Source: an uncultured Bacteroidota bacterium
Lineage (GTDB): Bacteria > Bacteroidota > Bacteroidia > Bacteroidales > WCHB1-69
DNA length: 64,000 nt
Assembly (NCBI GenBank): GCA_902774175.1
Contig: CACYHG010000025.1
Span: 1,141 to 65,140, forward strand
Direction of reading: 5' to 3'
A program made the position numbers and the translations under genes. Each line of letters starts with the position of its first letter. Position 1 is the stretch's first letter. The notes under the pieces were generated by a model that was not told the DNA's origin, made no database searches, and saw only the letters and a program-made list of their open reading frames with translations. This document shows positions 1 through 10,066 of the stretch, piece by piece.

Positions 1-227
1 CGCTATACCTCTTCGCCCGCTACGACCGCTACGATTCCTACATTCCTGCCCCGCTGATGCAGGACTACGGATGGAGCGACCGCCAGTGCGTCACCGCAGG
101 GCTGAACTATTTCCCGATGCCGCAGATTGCAGTAAAGGCGGAGTTCGGCTGCCGCCTGCTGAACGCCCAATACAACAACGAACCGTTCGCCGCAATGGGC
201 ATAACCTGGAGCGGAATGTTCCATTAA
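1..227 (+). CDS. Outer-membrane beta-barrel/porin-like protein, C-terminal fragment (gene starts upstream of the window)
   Basis: Frame 3 is open from the window edge to TAA at 225-227 (...GLNYFPMPQIAVKAEFGCRLLNAQYNNEPFAAMGITWSGMFH). It has an alternating hydrophobic pattern and an aromatic-rich C-terminus, and lies directly upstream of the imelysin/DUF1111 genes. The antisense ORF 3..287 is judged spurious. Confidence 0.45.
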   Translation, partial: LYLFARYDRYDSYIPAPLMQDYGWSDRQCVTAGLNYFPMPQIAVKAEFGCRLLNAQYNNEPFAAMGITWSGMFH

Positions 228-292
228 TGGTATGGCCGTCGCACTGCGGCGGCCACAAAAAAACAGATAATTAACATTAAAAAACAACAGAT

Positions 293-1468
293 ATGATGAA
301 ATTACATTTGAAGAAAGTTTTCATCGCCGTTCTGGCGATGGGATTGGCAGGCGGTGTCACCTCCTGCAAGAAAGAGAAACCCGAACCCTCCGGCACGGGC
401 AGTTACTCGGAAAAGATGCAGGCCGTGGCCGACCAGTTCGTCAACGCGACGGTGGTGCCGACCTACACGAAACTGGCCGAGGCCAGCGACCGGTTAGTGG
501 AAGCTGTCCGGACACTGAAGTCCGCGAAGACTGACGCCAATGTCAGCGCGGCATGCCAGATTTTTCTGGAGGCACGCGAATGGTGGGAAAAGAGCGAGGC
601 CTTCCTCTTCGGACCCGCCAGCGATTTCGGCATCGACCCGCACATCGACTCCTGGCCCCTTGACGAGGATGCCTTCAATTCGCTGATGAACAGTCCGGAA
701 ATGCTCTCCGCCCTTGACGCTGAAGACGGGGATGTGGTTGCCGGCGAACGTTTGGGAGCAACCCTTTTAGGATTCCACGGCATCGAGTACATCCTGTTTG
801 AGAACGGACAGCCGAAGGCGGCCTCAAAAATTTCCGACAACGACATGGTTTATGCGCTGGCAGTTGCCGGAGACCTCCGTAACTGCTGCTACCAGCTTGA
901 GGTGAGCTGGGCCGGTTCATCCGCACCCAAGGCGCACCAGGAGCGCATTGAGGAGTTGGAATGGAACAGCACGGTGGCCGGGAGCGGCTCCAGCTACGGC
1001 GAGAACCTGCGGAACGCCGGAAAGGCCGGCAGCACATACATCAGCCTGACACAGGCCATGATGGCGATTGTGGACGGCTGCAAGACCATCGCCGACGAGG
1101 TGGGCACCTCCAAAATCGGCAAGGCCTACACCGGAGAGGACAAGGACTACATCGAATCGCCCTACAGCCAGAAATCCATCACGGACTTCGCCAACAACAT
1201 CATCAGCATCTGCAACGCCTACATGGGAGGCCTTGAGGGTGAACGCAACCAGGAAAAGTCACTGCAGAACCTGATGTCCACGGTGAACCCCACCCTGAAC
1301 GAACGTGCGGTCAAGACCATGGAGGATGCCAAACAGACCATCCTCAACATGAAGGCACCGTTTGTAAACAACTACACCGACGCCTCAGCCAAGGCTGCCA
1401 TGGAGGCCTGCGCGGCGGTGGACAACGTGCTGAGCGAAGTATACGATGCCTTGAAAAGTGTGAATTGA
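293..1468 (+). CDS. Imelysin (peptidase M75-like) family lipoprotein
   Basis: Signal peptide with lipobox (LAGGVTSC). GxHxxE motif (GFHGIEYILF) characteristic of imelysins. 391 aa, followed by a DUF1111 di-haem gene as in known imelysin clusters. Confidence 0.8.
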   Translation: MMKLHLKKVFIAVLAMGLAGGVTSCKKEKPEPSGTGSYSEKMQAVADQFVNATVVPTYTKLAEASDRLVEAVRTLKSAKTDANVSAACQIFLEAREWWEKSEAFLFGPASDFGIDPHIDSWPLDEDAFNSLMNSPEMLSALDAEDGDVVAGERLGATLLGFHGIEYILFENGQPKAASKISDNDMVYALAVAGDLRNCCYQLEVSWAGSSAPKAHQERIEELEWNSTVAGSGSSYGENLRNAGKAGSTYISLTQAMMAIVDGCKTIADEVGTSKIGKAYTGEDKDYIESPYSQKSITDFANNIISICNAYMGGLEGERNQEKSLQNLMSTVNPTLNERAVKTMEDAKQTILNMKAPFVNNYTDASAKAAMEACAAVDNVLSEVYDALKSVN

Positions 1469-1494
1469 TTATAATATAAAAAACGTACAGTAAC

Positions 1495-3066
1495 ATGAAA
1501 AAATATCATCTGATGCTCGCGGTGGCGGCTCTCTCCGCGCTTTCCACCGCATGCAAAAAGGACAAGCCGGATGATCCGGTGGTTGTCAACAAGGAGTACG
1601 AGGAGACCTACGCTGGAGGAAAATTGGGGACGACCTTTAATGTCTCCGCCTCCGCCTACGAGGATCCAACACCGGCTGTGGAGCAGGCCGGATTAGTCAA
1701 CGAATTCAAATATGGGGAATACTTCTTTGAACGTCCCTTCACCCAAAGCAACACGCCGTTCAACGGACTGGGACCGCTCTACATCCGCAGCTCCTGCGAG
1801 GCCTGCCATCCGGGTTACGGCCACGGCAAGCGCATGGACCGCTACCGTGCAGGCGACTGGGGCAACGGTTACCTGTTGGTGGTGACCGACGACAAGGACA
1901 ACTACCTGAGCTCGCTGACCGGCATGCCGCAGACCAAGGCGGTCGCCCCCTTCAAGGCCCCGATCGACGAAACCAAAATCCGGATTACCTGGAAAAGCTA
2001 CACGGATGAATGGGGCAACCGGTTTGAGGATGGGGAGACCTACAGTCTGATATATCCGGAGGTTTACATTCCGGAGGATGCCTACTACGTGCCTCTCGAA
2101 GTGGGTGGCAGTCCAGTGGCCTACTCCAATGTCCGGGTACGCCTGGAGGGCACCATCGGCATCTACGGCACCGGCCTGATTGACGCCATCCCCGACGATT
2201 CGCTCAAGGCGCAGTATGCCAAGGAGGAGGCTGCGGGCGTGCAGCTGAATCCGGCCATTTTCGCCAACGGCAACTGGGTTAAGACCTACGGAAAGACCAA
2301 CCATCCGCTGCGCTACACCTACGCGCTGACCCGCGGCCCGCTGCAGGATGCCGCAGGCGCCAACGCCATCTGGAACATCACCAATGTGACCCGCAGCGAC
2401 CGCCGCTACCATTACATGACGGAGGCATACGCCAAAACCGCCTCCAACGACCCCGATGTTCAGGCGGCATTCTACCAGTATTTTCCGGATTGGAACAAGA
2501 CGGGCGATGTGTCGAAGGACATCTACAACTACCTGATGTCAAAGGAGCTTCCAGCCGAAATGAAGGATGAGGACTACAGCAACTTCATGGTATGGCACCG
2601 CGGACTGGCCGTGCCTGCCGCCCGCAACATGGGTGACGAAACGGTGCAACGCGGCAAACAGCTGTTCCAACAGTTAGGATGCGCATACTGCCACCGTCCC
2701 AGCTGGACCACCGGCGAGGACAACTTCACCGACCCCAACGGCTTCTTTGCTGACGGGGACGCACGCCTGCCCCGCTATCCTAACCAGAAGATATGGCCCT
2801 ACTCCGATTTTGTGCAGCACAGGCTTTACATGGTCAACGACATCCGCACAGGCTGGTGCCGCACCACCCCGTTGTGGGGTCGCGGGCTCTCCAGGCTCTG
2901 CACCGGTGCCGACGACCGTCTGCACGACTACCGCGCCCGCAACGTCACGGAGGCGATCATGTGGCACGGCAGCGCACAGAGCGACGCCCGCAAATCGGTG
3001 GAGAAATACCGCAAGCTGAGCAAGGCCGAACGGGACGCCGTGGTGAAATTCATCGAATCCATTTAA
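1495..3066 (+). CDS. Di-haem cytochrome c, DUF1111 / putative thiol oxidoreductase-peroxidase family lipoprotein
   Basis: Lipoprotein signal (LSTAC). Two CxxCH haem-c motifs (CEACH near the N-terminus, CAYCH near residue 400). The 523-aa size and the imelysin neighbour are typical of DUF1111. Confidence 0.8.
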   Translation: MKKYHLMLAVAALSALSTACKKDKPDDPVVVNKEYEETYAGGKLGTTFNVSASAYEDPTPAVEQAGLVNEFKYGEYFFERPFTQSNTPFNGLGPLYIRSSCEACHPGYGHGKRMDRYRAGDWGNGYLLVVTDDKDNYLSSLTGMPQTKAVAPFKAPIDETKIRITWKSYTDEWGNRFEDGETYSLIYPEVYIPEDAYYVPLEVGGSPVAYSNVRVRLEGTIGIYGTGLIDAIPDDSLKAQYAKEEAAGVQLNPAIFANGNWVKTYGKTNHPLRYTYALTRGPLQDAAGANAIWNITNVTRSDRRYHYMTEAYAKTASNDPDVQAAFYQYFPDWNKTGDVSKDIYNYLMSKELPAEMKDEDYSNFMVWHRGLAVPAARNMGDETVQRGKQLFQQLGCAYCHRPSWTTGEDNFTDPNGFFADGDARLPRYPNQKIWPYSDFVQHRLYMVNDIRTGWCRTTPLWGRGLSRLCTGADDRLHDYRARNVTEAIMWHGSAQSDARKSVEKYRKLSKAERDAVVKFIESI

Positions 3067-3093
3067 TTTTAATATTTTTGATTTCAACATGAT

Positions 3094-5322
3094 ATGATGA
3101 GAAAAACAACATCAGTCATCATAGTGCTGCTTGCAGGGATTCTTGCAGGCAGCACTTTTTTGGAAAAACAGATGGGTACCGCATTCGTGTCGGAACACAT
3201 CCACCACTCCCCTGTATTCATCGCACTATGGGCATTGCTTGCAATTGCATCCACCATCCTGATGCTCAAGGAAAAGAATTGGAAACGGATCTCCGTCTCC
3301 ACACTTCACACCGCCCTGTATCTCATTCTGGCCGGAGCCATGCTCTCCACGCTTTTCGGAGAGCACGGCAGCGTCACCCTCACACCGGGTGAGGCGGTAC
3401 AGACATTCCGGTCAGAAAAGAACGGAACCATGACACTGCCCTTCCAGCTGACCCTGGAGCGTTTTGAAACGGTCTGTTACCCGGGCACGCGCTCACCGAT
3501 GGACTATGTGAGCCATGTTTGGGTGGACGAAACGGAAAGGTCGGTCCGGAAAAAAGCCGATGTCTCCATGAACAACATACTCAAATACAGAAACTACCGC
3601 TTTTACCAGAACGATTTTGACGAGACAGGGCGCTCCGTTCTGGAGGTGGCCCGCGACCCGTGGGGGATCGGCTTCACCTACGCAGGATATATTATCTTGT
3701 TTTTCAGCCTGATTTTTATGTTTTTTGAAAAAGAGGGAAGATTCAGGACACTGCTCCGTGATCCTCTGCTGAAAAAGGGGGCGTTGGCTGCCACGGCAAT
3801 CCTTCTGCTTTGCACACAAAGCCTCTGCGCCAATCCCGCCCCCCGCACACTGCCGCGCGAATCCGCCCGCGAAATGGGGGAAATGTATGTGCTATACAAT
3901 GGAAGAATATGCCCGATGGGGACATTGGCGAAGGATTTCACCACCAAACTGTGCGGGAAAGCACATTATAAGGGGCTCACATCCGAGCAGGTGCTCTGCG
4001 GATGGATCTTCCATTTTGAAGACTGGGCGGAGGAACCTATGATCAAAATAAAGGGTAAAGAAGTTCGGAAAATATTGGGTATAAACGGAAAATATGCAAG
4101 TTTGACGGATTTTGCCGATGCCCGTGGAAAGAACAGGATTGATGCGGCCATGGAAAAACTACACATGGGCGACCCGATGTTCAAAAAACTTGCCGCCGCA
4201 AACGAAAAGCAGCAGATTATCCAAATGATCCTTAACAGGAAACTGCTTAAGATCTTCCCAGTCGCCGACAGTGCCGGAAACCTGGAATGGTATTCGCAAA
4301 ACGATGTCCTGCCCCTGAATTTGGACGGGAAAGAATATATTTTCATACGGAAACAGTTGAACTATTGTCAGGAACTGGTTGTCAAGCAGGATTTTGAGAT
4401 GTTGGACACCGTTTTCGCCAAAACCGTGAAATACCAAAAGCAGCACGCATCCGGCTTTCTGCCCTCTCCGTTCCGCCTCCATGCGGAGAAAACCTACAAC
4501 AGGGTCAGTGCCGGAAAATGGACGGCCATGTCGGCTGTTACCATCGGACTGCTGTTTTTCTTTTTCTTTCTCTTCCTGTTCTATAGCGGTAAAGGAAAAA
4601 AAATGCCGCTTGCAGCCCAAAGGTGTGGTTTGCTCCTCATGGTGCTGGTCACAATTTTTCTGGCATTCATGTTTGCGCTGCGCTGGATTGTCGGCGGGCA
4701 CATACCGATGGCCGGAAGCCATGACACGATGACTTTGATGGCTTTGTTTGTCTGCATTCTATGCCTCTGTCTGCGCAAACGCACCGGAATGGCGGTCCCC
4801 TCAGGCCTGCTCATGACAGGATTCCTGATGCTTGTTTCCATGATTGGGGGTGCGAACCCGACTGTGACACCGCTGATGCCGGTGCTCTCCTCCCCGCTGC
4901 TGAGCCTGCACGTCACCGTCATCATGATGGCATACGCGATGCTCTTTTTCGTGGCGCTCAACAGCATTTCGGCCATCGTTGCAGGATGCGGCCATGGCAG
5001 GATGCTGGAACAGATGGAACGCCAGCGGCTCCTGGGCATGCTCCTGCTCTATCCGGCCACAGCGCTACTGGCTGTCGGCATTTTCATCGGGGCGGTATGG
5101 GCGAACATATCATGGGGCAGGTACTGGTCGTGGGACCCGAAGGAAGTCTGGGCACTGATAACACTGTTTGTCTACGCCATGCCGTTACACGACAGAATCT
5201 GGCGGAATTTCCAAAAGCCCTGGTTCTTCCACATCTATTGCCTGATAGCCTTCCTGAGCGTGCTCATCACCTATTTCGGCGTAAACTTCATCTTAGGCGG
5301 CATGCACGCGTATAATCGGTAG
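3094..5322 (+). CDS. ccsBA: Cytochrome c biogenesis protein, fused ResB/CcsB-CcsA (system II CcsBA-type)
   Basis: 742-aa polytopic membrane protein. The C-terminal half carries the Trp-rich WWD haem-handling motif WGRYWSWDPKEVW. The N-terminal half is a ResB-like large periplasmic loop between TM helices. Confidence 0.75.
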   Translation: MMRKTTSVIIVLLAGILAGSTFLEKQMGTAFVSEHIHHSPVFIALWALLAIASTILMLKEKNWKRISVSTLHTALYLILAGAMLSTLFGEHGSVTLTPGEAVQTFRSEKNGTMTLPFQLTLERFETVCYPGTRSPMDYVSHVWVDETERSVRKKADVSMNNILKYRNYRFYQNDFDETGRSVLEVARDPWGIGFTYAGYIILFFSLIFMFFEKEGRFRTLLRDPLLKKGALAATAILLLCTQSLCANPAPRTLPRESAREMGEMYVLYNGRICPMGTLAKDFTTKLCGKAHYKGLTSEQVLCGWIFHFEDWAEEPMIKIKGKEVRKILGINGKYASLTDFADARGKNRIDAAMEKLHMGDPMFKKLAAANEKQQIIQMILNRKLLKIFPVADSAGNLEWYSQNDVLPLNLDGKEYIFIRKQLNYCQELVVKQDFEMLDTVFAKTVKYQKQHASGFLPSPFRLHAEKTYNRVSAGKWTAMSAVTIGLLFFFFFLFLFYSGKGKKMPLAAQRCGLLLMVLVTIFLAFMFALRWIVGGHIPMAGSHDTMTLMALFVCILCLCLRKRTGMAVPSGLLMTGFLMLVSMIGGANPTVTPLMPVLSSPLLSLHVTVIMMAYAMLFFVALNSISAIVAGCGHGRMLEQMERQRLLGMLLLYPATALLAVGIFIGAVWANISWGRYWSWDPKEVWALITLFVYAMPLHDRIWRNFQKPWFFHIYCLIAFLSVLITYFGVNFILGGMHAYNR

Positions 5323-5345
5323 AGACGCAATGCATTGCGTCTCTA
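5320..5345. terminator. Perfect palindrome, probable bidirectional terminator
   Basis: TAGAGACGCAATGCATTGCGTCTCTA is a 26-nt perfect palindrome that starts at the ccsBA stop codon. It lies 6 nt from the orphaned DUF2149 gene end at 5352-5409. Confidence 0.6.
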
Positions 5346-5351
5346 CATTCC

Positions 5352-5409
5352 AATCCTATTCAGGAACGTAGATGATTTCGCCGTTCTCCAGCTCGTATGC
5401 GGTGCCGAC
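5352..5409. repeat. Direct repeat copy 1: orphaned 3-prime end of the DUF2149 (hmuV-like) gene, left island boundary (attL-like)
   Basis: 55/58 identical to 19164-19221, with a 44-bp identical core at 5366-5409. On the minus strand it encodes VGTAYELENGEIIYVPE-stop, the same as the end of the ORF at 19168-19494. Confidence 0.85.
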
Positions 5410-5410
5410 A

Positions 5411-8400
5411 CTAACCAATTGCTTTTATCAAATCCAACATTGTTTGAAAGCTTTCAACTTCGTGGTAACGAACATTGGAAGTGGATAGGTTGTTGAACAG
5501 CTTCTTTGCACAGTCAATCTTGGCCTTTTCCACGCCTTTCAACTGCATGGAATCCATTGAACCTTTGGTTTCGGCGATGAAGAAAACATGCTTGATGCCA
5601 ATGTTGTCGTTGAAGGCAATAGCCCAGTCTGGGGCGTAGTTGCCTACGGGTGTCGGGATTTGGAACGACCTCGGCAGTTTGGCATAGACACACACTTCCT
5701 CCGCTTTGTCCAAATCTTCGGCAAAAATGCGCTCGCCTTGGCTATCGGGGAACACATAATCGAGGATGTGCTTTTTGGCTTCATATGCTTTGTCAACGGT
5801 TTGGCGGTTCTTCTCTTTGGTGAAGATGTCGGAATCGTATTGGTTTTCCGTACGATTGTAGCTGATGTGCTCCACAATCATCGTGGCTTTCTGCTCGCGG
5901 ATGATATGACTCACCTTGCGGATGAACTCTTCGGGGTTGTTCTTGAACATGTACAACTTCGACCGCTGAATGCCTTTCAGAATGCGGGTAACTGTACGGC
6001 GTGTCAGCGTGGCGGCTTTGGCTATATCGCCCACCAAGTCGTATGGCACATTGCTGGTTGACACATCACGCATCTCTTTTGTCCGTGTGCTCTGTTCGCC
6101 AGTGAAGTCCAGATTGTCATCGCCTTGGATACCTGTTGTGACCACATACTTCAGCTGCGTGACATTCAACTCGCTGTTGATGGCGGCAATAGCTTTCTGT
6201 ATCAGCTCCTCGCTGTCGTAATGCACCGTATAGACATAGCGGTGGTTGATTTCGTTCCACAATGCCTTGAATTCCATCTTCTCTGCATTGTCGTTCAAAC
6301 GCTCGTTCACCACTTCTGCCTTACCGTTGGCATCTTCCACCATATCCTCCAAAGCGGATGGATCAAAGATGCTCTGAATCAGTTTGTGCACTTGCTCTTC
6401 AATGGGTTGTAATTTCTTACTCATCGGAGCCAAAGTACCCTTTTCCATATCGGTGTGATAGCCTTGCAGGACATTGCCCTTCTCATCAATATAGTCGTTT
6501 TCATACAGGTAGGTGACGATGCTGGCGGCCTCCTGCTCTGAAATTGTGTGCTTCTCCTCACCCACTTTGACGGTAACCCCTTTGAAGTAGTCGACCGTGG
6601 CTTGTGTCGGACGTTCGCGCAAAGTCTCCTTAGTCTCTTTTTGCAAGGCATCAACAAAGGAGCTGTAGTTTTCGTTGGCGATGACGGTCAGCTTGTTAGT
6701 GTCGTGTACGGCATCGCCCAAGCGTTCTTTGTCCATACGGTTGCCGTCATTATCGACGCTGATGCGCAGACCACGACCCACCTCCTGACGTTTGGCCGTG
6801 CTTGAGTTGGCATGGCGCAAGGTACAGATTTGAAACACGTTTGGATTGTCCCAGCCTTCGCGTAAGGCGGAATGGGAAAAGATGAAACGTGTCGGCTCAT
6901 CGAAACTCAGCAGGCGTTCCTTGTTTTTCAAAATCAGGTCGTAAGCCGAGATGTCGTCGGAAGTGTCCTTGCCGCGTTTTACCTCACTATCAATTGAATG
7001 GCCTTTCTTGTCGATGGAGAAATAGCCGTTGTGCACCTGTGCAGCAGAAAAACGGCGCAGGTATTTCTGATAATCGTCCTCAAACAGAGTAAGGTTCTCG
7101 TTCAGATAGCGCATGTATTCCTCCTCAAACATCTTCCACAGCGGGCCTTGCACCTCGTTTCCATCCGTGTCATAGCTCTTGTAGTTGGCCACCTCATCGA
7201 TAAAGAACAGCGAAAGTGTCTTGATGCCTTGCTGGAACAATGCTCTCTCCTTCTCAAAATGCGACTTGATGGTTTCCCGAATCTGTATGAGTTGGATGGC
7301 TTTTTCACTAACATCGCCAACCACCTCTCCCTGACGCAGTTGCTTGCCGTTTTGGAAATAGACCGTATTAGTCAAAGGGTTGATTTCAGTAATAACAAAA
7401 TCCTTGTATGCAGGGAGTTGCGAAACGGAAAACAGTGAATCGCTTTGTTCAAATTTGCAGAGTTGGCGGCGAGTGGCGGCAGCACCTTTCACCTCAATTT
7501 CGAGTTTGACCACAGGGGCATGGTTCTTGGAAAGGATTACGCTGTCGAAATAGATGTAGCTCTGCGTGCCCAAAAGGTTCTGCACAGTGATGCCCTTCAC
7601 CTGGATTTTCTTCACCAAACGTTGCTTGTATGCATCATAAGCATCAAGCGCATAGATGCAGTTGTGAGAGGTCTTGTGCGTGGCGGAATAGTTCAGCACA
7701 AACAACGGCTTGAAGTTTTTCAAAGCTCTTTGCGTGGCTTCTCCCTCCATCTTCTGCGGCTCGTCCATAATGATAATGGGACGGTTGGCGGCAATCACGT
7801 CGATGGGGCGGCGGCTTTGGAAATCGTCGCGTTTGGAATAGATGATACGCGCTTCCTTGTTAGCCGCGCCTTCCTTGAACGAGGTGTTGAACGCCTGAAC
7901 GTTGATAATCATTACGTTGATGCTGGCATCGCTGCTGAACGAGTCGATTTGGGTAAGGTTGGCACTGTTGTAGATGAAATAGCGGGCTTTCTTGCCATAG
8001 AGTTCCATAAAATGCTCCTCTAACATGGTAAAGCTCTTATAGACTCCTTCGCGAATGGCGATGCTGGGCACAACAACGATGAACTTCGACCAGCCAAAGC
8101 GCTTGTTCATCTCAAACATAGTCTTGATATAGACGTAGGTCTTGCCCGTTCCCGTCTCCATCTCCACATCCAAAGAACAGGCACCTAGGCCGTTTGTAGC
8201 TGCTAAAGACTTGCTCAGTGGGATGTCGTTCTGAACCTGCTGATGGTTGATGTTCTCCAACAACTGACTGGCATTGAGTTCCACATCGGCATTGCGATAG
8301 CCCACAAATTCCTCCTCAAACTCAATCCTCATCTGCGGTTTTTGCTTTCCCAAGTCGCGACGGTACTGCGCGTTGGTCTTCGAGGGTTGACCCACAAACA

Positions 8401-8461
8401 CGTTCACCGTGCTTTCTACCGCATCGGTCTGGTATTGCTGTATCTTAAATTTAAATTTCAT
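5411..8461 (-). CDS. res: Type III restriction enzyme, Res subunit (SF2 helicase-nuclease)
   Basis: Walker A-like METGTGKTYVY. DEAH-variant IIMDEPQKM. Helicase motif VI SALREGWDNPNVFQICTL. C-terminal PD-(D/E)xK-like YAPDW...FIAETKG. 1016 aa, co-oriented with a Mod gene. Confidence 0.85.
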   Translation of the reverse strand: MKFKFKIQQYQTDAVESTVNVFVGQPSKTNAQYRRDLGKQKPQMRIEFEEEFVGYRNADVELNASQLLENINHQQVQNDIPLSKSLAATNGLGACSLDVEMETGTGKTYVYIKTMFEMNKRFGWSKFIVVVPSIAIREGVYKSFTMLEEHFMELYGKKARYFIYNSANLTQIDSFSSDASINVMIINVQAFNTSFKEGAANKEARIIYSKRDDFQSRRPIDVIAANRPIIIMDEPQKMEGEATQRALKNFKPLFVLNYSATHKTSHNCIYALDAYDAYKQRLVKKIQVKGITVQNLLGTQSYIYFDSVILSKNHAPVVKLEIEVKGAAATRRQLCKFEQSDSLFSVSQLPAYKDFVITEINPLTNTVYFQNGKQLRQGEVVGDVSEKAIQLIQIRETIKSHFEKERALFQQGIKTLSLFFIDEVANYKSYDTDGNEVQGPLWKMFEEEYMRYLNENLTLFEDDYQKYLRRFSAAQVHNGYFSIDKKGHSIDSEVKRGKDTSDDISAYDLILKNKERLLSFDEPTRFIFSHSALREGWDNPNVFQICTLRHANSSTAKRQEVGRGLRISVDNDGNRMDKERLGDAVHDTNKLTVIANENYSSFVDALQKETKETLRERPTQATVDYFKGVTVKVGEEKHTISEQEAASIVTYLYENDYIDEKGNVLQGYHTDMEKGTLAPMSKKLQPIEEQVHKLIQSIFDPSALEDMVEDANGKAEVVNERLNDNAEKMEFKALWNEINHRYVYTVHYDSEELIQKAIAAINSELNVTQLKYVVTTGIQGDDNLDFTGEQSTRTKEMRDVSTSNVPYDLVGDIAKAATLTRRTVTRILKGIQRSKLYMFKNNPEEFIRKVSHIIREQKATMIVEHISYNRTENQYDSDIFTKEKNRQTVDKAYEAKKHILDYVFPDSQGERIFAEDLDKAEEVCVYAKLPRSFQIPTPVGNYAPDWAIAFNDNIGIKHVFFIAETKGSMDSMQLKGVEKAKIDCAKKLFNNLSTSNVRYHEVESFQTMLDLIKAIG

Positions 8462-10019
8462 AAGACTTCATCAATTCTTTGCCCTTAACTGTCAAAGTGT
8501 ACTTCTGTTTTGAACTATTGGGATTATCCGTGATAGTAGGCTCAATAAAGCCGGCATCCAAAAGATGCCGCATGACATTGTTCTTAAATCTTCCACGATT
8601 AGTATCCCCTGTCAATTGCATCAGTGACCTTAATGATTGCGGTTCTTTTGTCAATCCTGCCATGACTTTGATGACACTTGCATAATATTCTCTCTCTAAC
8701 TTGTGACAGACTTGTGACAAGACTTGTGACAGACTTGTGACAGCTTGGGACAAACTGGGGACAGAACTTAGGACAGCTTGGGACAAATCCGTGTTTACGA
8801 CATCCTTTACGACAATCTTTATGACACTATTTGCAACATCTGTGACATTCACTCTGAATGCCGTTATGAGGTCTACAACAAACTCGGCAGGCGGGTTTCC
8901 GTTTTCCTTCAGGTCGGTTTGCACCTGGCCGACACCTCTGTTGAACATATTCACATAGCCCATCGTTTTCATGGCACTGGCTATAAGCGGATTGCGATAG
9001 TCATTGATTGTCGGAAAGTTTTCCGGCCGTGCGTTGCCATACAAGCCGCCGGCATTCGTAATTTCAAGGCGATGGGCAAACTCGTAGATTCGCAACGGCA
9101 TGTTGCTTTGCAAGTCGCGGTGCATACAGCCGTTCATTACCAGCTCGCGGATGGCCGTATAGGGGAAGTTGCTGACCATTTCCTCGCGCAACATGGAAAC
9201 AAACACTGGTTTCTTCTTGATGACGGACAGTTCCAGCAGCGACTCCAAGCGTGGCAGCAGTTCACAGTAATTGCCTTCCAGCTGAATCTCATTTTCCACT
9301 TCGCTGCTCACATCCTCACCTTTGAAACGCACATATTGCACATACAGGCCTGGCATAAAATGCCGTGGACGCTTCCCGAACAACACCATAGCGGCATTGG
9401 TGGGACAGTTGTTCTCAATGTCGTACATGCCAACGGCTGACAACTGGTCCTCAACGGGGCGTTTGTCCGCCGACAACAACTCCTTTCCGAACAGTTTCTC
9501 CAAAAATTTGCTATGCACAAGTTCGGTATCAATATCTGTAAGCTTGGCGGCGAGACAAGGCATCGTGTCAAATGTGGCCATGTAGGATGTGCGCTTTTCG
9601 GCCAACAGACGTTCCTCTGCTTCTGTGGCAATGTCACGACGTGGGCCGATGCGGATGAATGTGCGGCCACGATAGCGCACGGGCGGCAACATGGAGGGTG
9701 TCACCTCCGCCACCAGCACTTCGCCTTCGGGGAACACAAACCGATCCACGCTCATCACGGGAACAGGCAGTATGTTGCCGTCTGAACGGATAGCCGCTAT
9801 CTTCTTCAGCAAAGCATCCGTAACCTTTAATCCCGATAAGGTGCCGTTGTCGTATGCTCCTAATATCAGATAGCCGTTCTTCCTTGAGTTGGGCAGATCG
9901 TTTGAAAACGCACAGATGGCCTCCTGAAACTTATCCATGTCATTTGTTGACGTAGTGCGTTCCACCCTATAAGTCTCAGTGCTATGCAGCAGTTCCTGTA
10001 TTTCTTCTTTCGTTATCAT
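8451..10019 (-). CDS. AlbA_2/Schlafen-like divergent-AAA + HATPase_c_4-like + C-terminal wHTH protein (often mis-annotated as RecG-like helicase or transcriptional regulator)
   Basis: N-terminus ETYRVERTTS...NGYLILGAYDNG matches the AlbA_2 pattern. Central ELVMNGCMHRD...LEITNAGGLYG is HATPase_c_4-like. It also has LSQ/xQV short repeats and a C-terminal tail (FKNNVMRHLLDAGFIEPT...QKYTLTVKG). Its 3-prime end overlaps the res ATG by 11 nt. Confidence 0.7.
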   Translation of the reverse strand: MITKEEIQELLHSTETYRVERTTSTNDMDKFQEAICAFSNDLPNSRKNGYLILGAYDNGTLSGLKVTDALLKKIAAIRSDGNILPVPVMSVDRFVFPEGEVLVAEVTPSMLPPVRYRGRTFIRIGPRRDIATEAEERLLAEKRTSYMATFDTMPCLAAKLTDIDTELVHSKFLEKLFGKELLSADKRPVEDQLSAVGMYDIENNCPTNAAMVLFGKRPRHFMPGLYVQYVRFKGEDVSSEVENEIQLEGNYCELLPRLESLLELSVIKKKPVFVSMLREEMVSNFPYTAIRELVMNGCMHRDLQSNMPLRIYEFAHRLEITNAGGLYGNARPENFPTINDYRNPLIASAMKTMGYVNMFNRGVGQVQTDLKENGNPPAEFVVDLITAFRVNVTDVANSVIKIVVKDVVNTDLSQAVLSSVPSLSQAVTSLSQVLSQVCHKLEREYYASVIKVMAGLTKEPQSLRSLMQLTGDTNRGRFKNNVMRHLLDAGFIEPTITDNPNSSKQKYTLTVKGKELMKSYEI

Positions 10020-10038
10020 CTATTTCTAATTATAACTG

Positions 10039-10046
10039 CAAAAATA
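10039..10046 (-). promoter_or_regulatory. Bacteroidetes -7 promoter box (TATTTTTG on minus strand) for the AlbA_2 cassette and probably res
   Basis: Plus-strand CAAAAATA, 20 nt upstream of the ATG at 10019. Matches the TAnnTTTG consensus. Confidence 0.45.
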
Positions 10047-10066
10047 GTTCATTTTGTCTAATCAAA

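Noticed and set aside
3-287. 94-aa minus-strand ORF at the left edge.
   Set aside because: It fully overlaps the plus-strand porin-like C-terminus, which has the better protein-like sequence and runs into the downstream operon.
4553-4581. A polypyrimidine T/C tract, considered as a slippage-prone simple repeat.
   Set aside because: It encodes the Phe/Leu-rich TM segment LLFFFFFLFLFY of CcsBA and has no regular repeat unit.
5352-5409. A tRNA gene as the island integration target.
   Set aside because: No cloverleaf-like sequence or T-loop motif (GGTTCGAATCC type) is present at either boundary. The duplicated segment is plainly the coding 3-prime end of the DUF2149 gene.
8700-8790. Eight copies of a 9-mer (CTTGNGACA) spaced 10-12 bp apart, which look like a helically phased iteron or binding-site array.
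   Set aside because: The array lies inside the AlbA_2/HATPase gene and simply encodes LSQA/LSQV-type peptide repeats. As I recall, short xQV repeats at this position, between the ATPase-like domain and the C-terminal wHTH, are a regular feature of this protein family. A DNA-level function is not needed to explain it.
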